Position numbers and translations under genes: made by a program. Shown here piece after piece: positions 52,670-64,000 of a stretch of 64,000 nucleotides of DNA. Below the pieces are notes generated by a model, which was not told where the DNA came from, searched no databases, and was given only the letters and a program-made list of their open reading frames with translations. Numbering within the stretch: the first letter of the stretch is position 1; every line of letters begins with the position of its first letter. Origin of the DNA: Octopus vulgaris (lineage: Eukaryota); the NCBI GenBank assembly GCA_951406725.2, contig OX597827.1, forward strand, positions 12,214,001 to 12,278,000, written 5' to 3'.

Positions 52670-52898
52670 TTAACCCTTTCATTACCAACCCGGCTGAAAC
52701 TGGCTCTGGATCTTTAATATACATGTCTTGTTTTCATAAATTTTGAATTAAAATCTTCCACCAAATCTTACTCACAATTTATGTTCCTAACACTAGCTTA
52801 ATGATAACGAAGTTATTTTACTAAATTCTTTGTTATATTTAAAGTAATTCAAAGAAACACAGAGCATCTCTAAATAAATTCAGTAACGAAAGGGTTAA
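52670..52898. mobile_element. piggyBac-like MITE, family 2, intact
   Basis: TTAA|CCCTTTCATTAC ... GTAACGAAAGGG|TTAA. Confidence 0.85.
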
Positions 52899-54139
52899 GA
52901 TCTTCAGGCATGATGGAACTGCCATCATCACCCAGTTAATGCTAATCTGTGGTTAAATAACAATAATAACAACAGCAGTTAGAGTAATAACTTTGAGGAT
53001 GAATAGAATCTAAATGTTGATAAAACCAATGGTGATGGACTCCCCTGTAGACAATGACATATGAGTGTTGAGTTTCTGCTGAATGGATCTGCACACTTGA
53101 TTGGTTTATAGTGATCAAATGCATGTGCTTTGTATGAGTTCACTCCCTCTGTCAAATTGACATTGACTGTATAGGTGCACAAGTATACCACGTGTCAGAT
53201 GACGAAACAATTGTAGAGCAACATGAAATAATGTGTTTTGCTCAAGAACACAACGTCGTGCAGCTCGGTCCAGGAATCGCACATTATGAACTAGTGATCA
53301 TTTCTCTCTTCTCTCTCTTTTCCTTGTTTCAGTCATTTTGACTGCGGCCATGCTGGAGCACCGCCTTTAATCGAGCAACACTCGACCCCGGGACTTATTC
53401 TTTTGTAAGCCCAGTACTTATTCTATCGGTCTCTTTCGCCGAACCGCTAAGTGACGGGGAAATCATGAGTGCAACACTCAAACCACTTGCTTATATTGCT
53501 AATTATGAAGATGATGATGATGATGATGATGATGAAAATGAACATGACAAATATTATCGGTATTACAATTGTCAACATTGCTGTTGTCATCAATACTCAA
53601 AGTACAATTAAGACAGCAAGCATGTGGTGGTGGTGGTGGTGGCAGCGGTGGTTGTTGTAGTAGTAGTAGTAGTAGTAGTAGTATTTGTCGCAACAATAGG
53701 ATAAATAATGGCAATGAAGAGTAAAAGAAATAATAGAAAAAAAAAATGAGAATGTTTGCATTTGGTGGGTTTGAAATTAATCTTGGTTCCTACAAGAAAG
53801 TTTGGTTAATTTCTTTTCAGGAATGATAATCTGAAAAAGTGCGTTGGTGAGACGCACAGACATTGATCTAAAATAACATTTCCAAAAGATACAGAGCAGC
53901 TAAATAGGCAGATTGTCAAACCTGTTCTAACACCATGGCAGCTTGGGAGAGATTGCATTGTTCCGAAGACACATGAGCAATGCTTGCTAATCTCCAGGAG
54001 AATGTGTACATACATATATATACATGGATACACACACATATATATATATTCATTGCACACATATATACACATATGCACACACATATGTATGTAGGTATAT
54101 AGGTATATATGTGAGGGAAAGAGAGAGAATGGCACACAA

Positions 54140-54198
<59 letters not shown>

Positions 54199-54302
54199 TT
54201 TGTAATGATATATATATGTACATATACATGTACATTTATGTTTAGATATATACAAATATATATATAAATAAATAAACATATATATATATATATGTATGTA
54301 TG

Positions 54303-54358
<56 letters not shown>

Positions 54359-54897
54359 TGCATACATAAAAATATAAAACCTTTATCTCAGCTGTTCATG
54401 TTACAGCACTAACAACTCTGTTATTTTGCTGAACCGGCTTATAGATTTTTTTTTACAATGATAAAAAGAAAATGAAATCCTAACAGATACAATAATACGA
54501 AACAATAATAAGAATAACACTAACAACAACAACAACAACAACACCAGCAACAACAATGAAAACGACAACACTGAAACTAAGAAATAAAAGAAACAAAACA
54601 AAACAAAACAAAACAAGTGATATACAAGAACTACAAAAAAATAACAAAACGCTATTAGTGAAAAAGAAAAATAGTATAATTTAATACTAAGGCAGCCTGA
54701 AAGAAGTGACAATTCGTTGCCGCTTACCTACCACCATCTGCATTGTGTTCACACCTGAGCTCAATAAAGATTTTTACCTTTTTCTTACACTTCTCTAATA
54801 TCAATTCTCTACTTGGCTGTGGAATTCAAGGATATGACTTCCTGTTTCCCCTATATCACAGGTATGATTCAAAGTACAGTTTAAAACCAATACGTAC

Positions 54898-55154
<257 letters not shown>

Positions 55155-55972
55155 ATGTATGTATATATGTATATATATATATACTCATACACACATTCAT
55201 GTATATATACACCCATATACATGCGTGTATGTATATATATACCAAGTAAAACATGATCACAAAAATACTGATATATGTGACTGCGTGTGCATGTGTGTCA
55301 CATGCAAATATACATACATACACCCACACGTACATGTGCATACATATATAAAAGTATGTATGTATGTATGTATATATGTATATATATATATGCATGTATA
55401 TGTAGATGATACAGACATACAGAGGTCATGGCTACCATACTTAAAGCTTAATGTAGTACATTTCCTTACACCTTTATATGTGTATGTATATGCGTTTGAA
55501 TATATTTGTGCGTGTGCGTGTGTGTGTGTATGCGTGTGTGTATATATTTATATATACACGTATGTGTGCTTCCATGCAGTGTATATGCAGCATGTGTAAA
55601 GGAAGGCAAGAATTGGTTCAGACAAGCTGGAGTGTTACTTTATACATTTATATGAAAGTAGATGACACCTATATATTTGTGCACGTGCACACACAGACAC
55701 ACTAACATATACACAGAGCTACATATGCATACACACATGTACACACTCGCCCACGTGTGCAGATGCATATATATATATATATATATGGTAAGGTATATAT
55801 ATATACATGGTAAGATATATGTATATATATATGTATATATTTGAAACACTTTATAATTGGTTGCCTTTCTCAAAGTTAACCCTTGTCAAAAGTTCAGTCA
55901 AGTGCATTTAGCTTAACTCCTGAAAAATACACACACACACACATGCACGCACACTCACTCACACACACATAT

Positions 55973-56012
<40 letters not shown>

Positions 56013-56033
56013 ACACACACACACACACATACA

Positions 56034-56068
<35 letters not shown>

Positions 56069-56159
56069 GCACAAACTCACGCACACACACACTCACAAAC
56101 ACACATATGCACACATTAACAAGATTGTTTGTGTTTGTGTGTGAATTACACATTTATTC

Positions 56160-56400
56160 ATTGAAGGATGACAGCTGGTTGAAGAAGTGTCAAGTAATCT
56201 AAGTTTAAAGAATGCAACAGAAGAAGAAGAAGGAGAAGAATACATGATGAAGGGTGATCTGAGGATGCTGAACTTCGTGAAGGGGATGACAAGGGACCAT
56301 AATAAGTAGTGAAACACTGTGATGGAGGAGACTCAACCAATGCATGTTTACATGGAGGGATACCAGATATAAGGTTGATGATGACGATGATGATGATGAT
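56160..56400 (+). pseudogene. Old RTE-type LINE 3' end
   Basis: DDSWLKKCQ..MKGDLRMLNFVKGMTRDH; (GAT)n tail. Confidence 0.6.
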
Positions 56401-56409
56401 GAAGACAAC

Positions 56410-57120
56410 AATACATAATACATGCATACATACATGCATACATACATACATGCATACATACATATAAGCATACATACATGCATACATACATACATGCATG
56501 CATAAATACATACATACATACATGCATACATGCATAAATACATGCATACATACATACATGCATACATGCATACATACATACATACATACATACATGCATA
56601 CATGCATACATACATACATACATGCATACATGCATACATACATACATTCATACATACATACATACATACATGCATGCATTTATACATACATAGATACATA
56701 CATGCATGCATTCATACATACATAGATACATACATGCATGCATTCATACATACATACATACATACATGCATACATGCATGCATACATACATTCATACATA
56801 CATACATACATGCATACATTCATACATACATACATATATGCATACATGCATACATACGTACATACATACATGCATACATACATACATACATACATGCATA
56901 CATGCATACATACATACATACATACATACATACATGCATACATACATGCATACATACATACATACATTCATACATACGTACATACATGCATGCATACATA
57001 CATACATGCATGTATGCATACGTACATTCATGCATACATGCATACATACATGCATACATACATACATACATTCATACATACGTACATACATGCATACATA
57101 CATACATACAGATACAAACA
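56410..57120. repeat. (CATA)n/(CATG) tetranucleotide mosaic, ~700 bp
   Basis: Directly visible. Confidence 0.95.
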
Positions 57121-57532
57121 TATACACATAAAAACCTACATGTGTTTTAATGTTTTGTGTCGACAGGCCCTCAGTAATTTCTCCATTGTTATTGTGATCG
57201 TCATCGTCATCATCACTTTCATCTAGATATCATCTTCTCACTATTCTTCCTCTTTCCCCTCGTAATCCTTCTCCTCTTTGTCTTCATCCTCATCGTCATC
57301 ACCATCATCATCATCGTTATCACTCTTGTCCTTCTCCGCGTTCCCTTTCTCATCATCATCATCCTCATCAACCTCATCCTCATCATCATCATCATCATCG
57401 TCATCCTCAGCACCACCACCAACTCCACCCACCCCTCTAACTCTTCTTCCTCCTTTTCTTCTTTATCTCTTTTCTCCACTTCGTCTTCCTTTGCTTCTTC
57501 TTCTTCTTCCTCCTCCCCATCACCATCATCAC

Positions 57533-57571
<39 letters not shown>

Positions 57572-58002
57572 TTTCAGGTCTTCCTGTTTCATCATTCATA
57601 CATCTCATTGCTAACACTGGGAAACGCATCTTTTGACCTGCTGGGCAAAACAGCAAAATCTTCTCCAAATCATACCCAATCATTATCTTAAATATGGAAA
57701 AGTCTCTTTAGATAATGAAGTTCAATATAGCCCTACACATTTGAGAGAAAGTCATGGATGGAATATCAATTTGTTTCCCGTTGACTTGGAACCAAACAAC
57801 AACAGCAACAACAACAACAATTGCTCCATCTTCATCTGTTATCTTTTACTTGTGGATTGTCAAAAGTTCCACTGGAACTTTTGACAATCCACAAGGATTA
57901 AGGACAATACATCACACAAGGGCTATCTCTGAACTACATACATACATGCATATATCCATTCATGCATACATACATGCATACATATATATACATACATACA
58001 TG

Positions 58003-58504
58003 CATCATCATCATCATCATCATCATCGTTTAACGTCCGTTTTCCGCGCTAGCACGGGTTGGACAGTTCGACAAGGGTCTGGGAAGCCAGGGGCTGCACC
58101 AGACTCCAGTCTTATCGGGCAGTGTTTCTACAGTTGGATGCCCTTCCTAACGCCAACCACTCCGCGAGTGTAGTGGGTGCTTTTTATGTGCCACCTGCAC
58201 AGGTGCCAGGGGAGTCTGGCATCGGCCACGATCGGTTGGTGCTTTTAACGTGCCATGGCACGGAAGCCAGTCAAGGCGGCGCTGGCATCGGCCACGTTCA
58301 GATGGTGCTTTTTACGTGCCACCGGCACAGAAGCCAGTCGAGGCGGCGCTGGCATCAGCCATGTTCGGATGGTGCTTTTTACGTGCCAACGGCACAGAAG
58401 CCAGTCGGGGCGGCGCTGGCATCGGCCACGTTCAGATGGTGCTTTTTACGTGCCACCGGCACAGAAGCCAGTCGAGGCGGCACTGGCATCGGCCACGTTC
58501 AGAT
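58003..58504 (-). mobile_element. Element D subfamily with one 62-bp and ~4 66-67-bp monomers
   Basis: Monomer starts at 58188, 58250, 58316, 58383 and 58450. Confidence 0.85.
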
Positions 58505-58712
58505 ATATATATATGCATACATGCATTCACACACACACACATTGGATTGTGGCCATGCTGGGGTACTGCCATAAAGGGTTTTAGTTGAGCAAATCAAACT
58601 GAGTACATATTTTTTGGAGGTGAAATGTTATTGATTATATGTATTTGCTCAAGCAGCAAACATAAGATGGCTGAGTAGACCTGAGGTCTAAAAAGATAAA
58701 TAAATAAAATAT

Positions 58713-58878
58713 AGGCGCAGGAGTGGCTGTGTGGTAAGTAGCTTGCTAACCAACCACATGGTCCTGGTTTCAGTCCCACTGCGTGGCATCTTGGGCAAGT
58801 GTCTTCTGCTATAGCCCCGGGCCGACCAATGCCTTGTGAGTGGATTTGGTAGACGGAAACTGAAAGAAGCCTGTCCTA

Positions 58879-58918
<40 letters not shown>

Positions 58919-59122
58919 TGTATATGTGTTTGTGTGTCTGTGTTTGTCCCCCTGGTGTGTTTACGTCCCCCATCACTTAGCGGTTCGGCAAAAGAGACCG
59001 ATAGAATAAGTACTGGGCTTACAAAGAATAAGTCCCGGGGTCGATTTGCTCGACTAAAAGGCAGTGCTCCAGCATGGCCGCAGTCAAATGACTGAAACAA
59101 GTAAAAGAGAGTAAAAAAGAGT
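58713..59122 (+). mobile_element. SINE-A with a small internal deletion
   Basis: Family match; lacks AGCATTGCTTGACAACCGATGCT. Confidence 0.9.
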
Positions 59123-59922
59123 ATAGCAAAAATGAAAATAAAAATAAAAAAAACATGATTTTACACTTTTGCTTCATGATCAGGTGTGTGTTGAAACTGC
59201 AGAAAGTGGGTTATAGAGCTCTCTCTATCTATGTAAAGAAATAGTCCAACAATAAGCAAATATTCAAATTTTCAATTCCCTTCCCACCCATTCCTGCACA
59301 GTTAAAAATAAAGAAAAATTGGATGTGAAACAGAAAAAAAAAAAACAAAAAAAAACATAGATAAATGAAAATGAAAATTAAAAAAAAACAACAACATACA
59401 TTTTCCAAAACCAACAAGATAAGGTAAGTGAATGGAAATAAAAATTGTTTGCCAAAGCTGTGGAATGTTGAACACAAAAATTTTTTTTTCCATAATATTT
59501 ACAAACATTATAATGAGTATTTACATTGTATCAAAATGCAATTACATTTCCCCAAATACAATTCATTTCACATCATTTAATTCTTGTCTCTCATCTTACA
59601 TTGAATAAACACCATAGAATTTGTATATAAATCACTTTGACTTAAAACTATATTATTAAGTAAAACCACAGCAGTTGTTTTGCATAAATAATTTATTTTA
59701 ATTTAACCATTGCAGCTGTTCCACCTTAACTTATGATGACCGATGTTACAAAATAACTAATCTTATTTTTTCTGCCTTTGCTTTTAATTAAATATTTAAT
59801 CATATTAGATGAAACTGGTTTATATAAACCATCATAGTCATTTCCAACAAACTATTGTTATTTTGTTAAAACTTTATACATATGATAACATATGCATAAG
59901 CATATATATACATATATATATG

Positions 59923-59953
<31 letters not shown>

Positions 59954-60023
59954 GCATACATATATATATATATACACATATATATATATACATATATATA
60001 TATATACACATATATATATATAC

Positions 60024-60054
<31 letters not shown>

Positions 60055-60132
60055 CACATATATATATTTTTTTTAATTTTTAAAAAACTTTTTATCTAGT
60101 TTCAGATCATGAGCTGTGGCCATGCTGGGGCA

Positions 60133-60173
<41 letters not shown>

Positions 60174-60239
60174 TCATCATCATCATCATCATCATCACTT
60201 AATGTTCACTTTCAATGCCAGCACACACACACACACTTA

Positions 60240-60279
<40 letters not shown>

Positions 60280-60513
60280 GTGTGTGTGTGTGCATGCATG
60301 TGTGTGTTCCTGTATTAGAATTTTAGATCTTTGTAGCAGAACACAATGAAGTATTTCCCTGATGATCTATTGCAGTTAAGCATCCAAATGCACTTGGAAT
60401 ATTCAATGCTGAGTTCCTGATAACTGCAATGGTGAAATGTATGTTGGAACTAAATATTTATACAGATTTTGATCTTAATTTTACACTATACAATGTGTTT
60501 GTGTGTGAGTGCA

Positions 60514-60560
<47 letters not shown>

Positions 60561-60984
60561 ATGTATGTATGTATACATGTGTATGGATATATGCATGTAT
60601 GTATGTATGTAGTTCAGAGATATTATATTGTCCTTAGCCCTTGATATTGGTGGAAATTGAACTCAAGGCTTAAGGGCTCAGAACTAAATACTACGAAGAA
60701 TTTTTCCCTTGCATTTTCAATCCTGCAAATCCATTACCATAAATAATAATAATAATTATTATTATTATAATAATAATAATCCTTTCTATTATAGGCACAA
60801 GTCCTTAAAATTTGGGGCAGGGAGCCAGTTGATTAGATAGATCCGATACACAACCGGTAATCAATTTATCAACCCCAAATGGTTGAATGGCAAAAATCAA
60901 CTTTGGTGGAATTTGAAAATTCAGAACATAGAAACAGATAAAATATCACTAAGAATTTTGTGCTAACAAATCTGCCACCTCAAC

Positions 60985-61147
60985 CCTACTCCACATGGAA
61001 TTACACGGCCAGTTCCACTGTGAAACCAACAAATTAAAGGACCTGGAAGCATCATGGAGGTGGCTTAACAAAGGTGACCTAAAAAAGAATAGTGAAAGCC
61101 TAATCATCGCTGCCCAAGACCAGGCATTGAATACCAACTATAAAAGA
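60985..61147 (+). pseudogene. R4/Dong-type LINE internal fragment
   Basis: ELHGQFH..EASWRWLNKGDLKKNSESLIIAAQDQALNTNY. Confidence 0.8.
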
Positions 61148-61252
61148 ATATATACCATATAAGTGCAATGGACTTCTAATATATATATACAAGGCCAGGA
61201 ATTTATGGTAGGGGGTTAGTTGATTAAATTACACCTGTACTTAACTGGTACT

Positions 61253-62073
61253 TTATTACCTCCACCTTAGCAAAGGTGGGGTTATTGTTTTCAGTCATGT
61301 TTGTTTGTTTGTTAGTTAGTTTGTTCATGAACAAGATATATCAAGAACCATTGGATGGATTTGAATGAAACTTTCAGAGATGTCTGACCTCGTCACTGAC
61401 ATGAACTGATTAGATTCTGCGATCAATCCAGTATAAGACAAGGACTCTCTCTTTTTTTACTCTTTTACTTGTTTCAGTCATTTGACTGTGGCCATGCTGG
61501 AGCACCGCCTTTAGTCGAGCAAATCGACCCCGGGATTTATTCTTTGTAAGCCCAGTACTTATTCTATCGGTCTCTTTTGCCGAACCGCTAAATGACGAGG
61601 ACGTAAACACACCAGCATCAGCTGTCAAGCAATGCTAGGGGGACAAACACAGACACATAAACACATACACACACACATATATATATATACATATATACGA
61701 CAGGCTTCTTTCAGTTTCCGTCTACCAAATCCACTCACAAGGCATTGGTCGGCCCGGGGCTATAGCAGAAGACACTTGCTGAAGATGCCACGCAGTGGGA
61801 TTGAACCCAGAACCATGTGGTTGGTTAGCAAGCTACTTACCACACAGCCACTCCTGCGCCTCAGTACAAGACAAGGATACTGGATTATTTTTCCGTTTAT
61901 TTTCTTTTGCTTAATTTTTGAGAGTGGTTGGGTTCATTTTTAGTATTCTCGTTTGTGAGAGCAGTCAAGCTTATTTCAGATATTCTCATTCTAAAAATCA
62001 TCTCTGACTAATCGTTGAGAGTTCGCTGGTGTTGCCTTGGCAAAGGTTTGCGGTCTCTGAGTGTTCTTGTTTT
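61253..62073 (+). mobile_element. Helentron-associated non-autonomous element (HINE/DINE-like) interrupted by SINE-A (61445-61861, minus)
   Basis: 5' TTATTACCTCCACC..GGTGGGGTTATTGTTTT, internal (GTTT)n, 3' CCTTGGCAAAGGTTTGCGGTCTCTGAGTGTTCTTGTT; SINE TSD CAGTA(T/C)AAGACAAGGA at 61429-61444 and 61862-61877. Confidence 0.7.
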
Positions 62074-63427
62074 ATATTACTTTTGTTCAGAAATTTTTTT
62101 TTTTAATTTAAAAAAAACCATGCTGACCTCACCAAGATTTGACCACAGAATGTAATGAACAGGAATAAATAATGTGAGGTATTTTGTCCAACACACAAAT
62201 AACTCTGCCTATATTTCACCCCTATTTAGATGAGGACAAATTATGGTAAAGTATTTCGTTGCATTTCAGGAGTCATTATGCCAATAAAGACACATGTACT
62301 GATTCTATTTCACTTCTATATTTTTATTTGCTGGTTGTTAAGCCATTTAACCAATTAACTAATCGTATGATTAATCGTATAGTCAATCAGTCATCCAGCT
62401 ACGTTTGTCAAAATCCTTTCATCCCCGTTTATGGCCTCATCAATTATATGCCCTCTCTATCCCAGATCTGCTTCATAAGGACTATTTCATAATGGACTAT
62501 TCATAACGACCATTTCAAGATAAAACAAAATATATTTCAACACACAAGTTCTCAACAATATCTGGCAAATCAGATACAAAATCGAAACACAATAAAGTAT
62601 GTTTATCAATATTTTTCTATTATTTATGCAGCAAAGTTACAACAATGTCTTGTCAATACACTATAATTTATCTCAGTTTTCAAGATGCTTTTAAGCTGGC
62701 AAGGGATATTTCTCTTAAGCTTAGACACCCCACCAACATTTTGGTCCATGACAGTAATATGAGCTAAATAGACTGAGCCAACAAAACAATTGTCGTAGAG
62801 CTCTCTATTGTTTGTCTGAACTGTCCTTATCTTCTAATAACAACTTCTCAAAAACTAGGGAGACTAAGCTGGTGAGAATTGCGTTGTTAGTGATTGACAC
62901 AGCACATCACTTCACTACAGTATATGATATAAACCATCAAACCTTTGACCAGTCAGCTGACATTCTATCAACCTGACCAGCTGCATCTTGTCGAAATATC
63001 AGTCAAAGCTGTACTATGAAGTCCAATGTGTATATATGCATCCTGATAAATATTTTACCATCTGCTGAATCCAGTTGATAAGGAATATGGCCTTTAAAGA
63101 TTCACAACAGAATATTTCTCTTCCTAACATTCAACCAAAATAGCAGATATTTTTCATTTCAAATATCCAAACAGAGGAAGCTGTGGATATCAGAGTATTC
63201 ACAAATATGCCATTCTCAGACTTAGATGCACACACACATGCATCAACAAACGTATACATAAGTACACACTTACATGCTTTGATATATGAGTATACACACA
63301 TATGTGTATACTGATAATCTTTCTTTTTCTTTTTATTCTTATTCTTTATTTAAATAAAATCAGGTGAATCCTCCAAGAGATGAATGATAAAATGGTTGCC
63401 ACCTTGCTTACACTTTCTGTCTTTACG

Positions 63428-63506
<79 letters not shown>

Positions 63507-64000
63507 TCTCTTCCCTATATTTATTTTGTTGATGTAGATGTATGCACACCTAAATGTTTTATACACACACACACACACACAGACATACACACACAGACAC
63601 ATATATACACATAACACACATATATGTATGGGTATGTATACACATGTATATATATATATCTGTGTGTGTTTATTTGTATGTGTGTATATATATTATATAT
63701 ATTGAGAGAAAGTGAAAGATTAAGTGTCACATACATGCAGAAAAATATTATTCTTACCTTACCTCACCCTTTAAAACAGCTGCTGTGCTTTCCTCTATCC
63801 TTATTTTTTTTTCATCCTCTTTATCAATGATATATCCCCCTTTTGCCTGCCCCACACCCCCGACACTCACCCTCACATTTAACTCCACCTCACCCCCCAC
63901 TCCATTCCTAACAGACCGACCCGAGGCAGTAAACCTACATGCTATATCGACAAAAAACAACAAAATAATAATAAAATAATAATAATAGTAATAATAATAA

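Noticed and set aside
54728-54754. Possible 27-nt minus-strand microexon with a GTAAGC donor
   Set aside because: The acceptor lacks a pyrimidine tract; such a match is expected by chance in 64 kb.
62200-63340. 1.1-kb unique AT-rich stretch, possible UTR or ncRNA
   Set aside because: No ORF, hairpin or known RNA motif recognised; nothing supportable from sequence alone.

Overview
This is a repeat-saturated, AT-rich eukaryotic window, not prokaryotic. The microsatellite load and SINE families look like coleoid cephalopod (Octopus) intronic or intergenic DNA; that assignment is inferred from repeat recognition only. Almost all ORFs in the supplied track are microsatellite or SINE artefacts. 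Supported content: about 20 copies of a ~410-bp tRNA-derived SINE (SINE-A) with an internal (CA/TA)n linker; two OR-type tRNA SINE variants (SINE-B); many Meta-domain-like SINEs (SINE-C); an RTE-associated 3'-end element with 62-67-bp tandem monomers (element D); 5'-truncated LINE remnants (CR1-like, RTE, R4/Dong); a Tc1/mariner (DD37D-like) transposase relic; Helitron and Helentron-type non-autonomous elements; TTAA MITEs; Penelope-like remnants with hammerhead-like motifs; and a solitary 5S rRNA pseudogene. No complete host gene is visible, but two candidate minus-strand exons (12688-12733 and 10433-10608) could be the 5' end of a gene for a signal-peptide-bearing protein. The most unusual signals are locally templated inverted insertions and fold-backs (one seeded a two-letter minisatellite), a LINE-SINE 3'-tail pair with a covarying hairpin, a 244-bp target-site-like duplication, and a SINE that appears to insert into its own family's head. 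I do not see evidence for a new protein-coding system.
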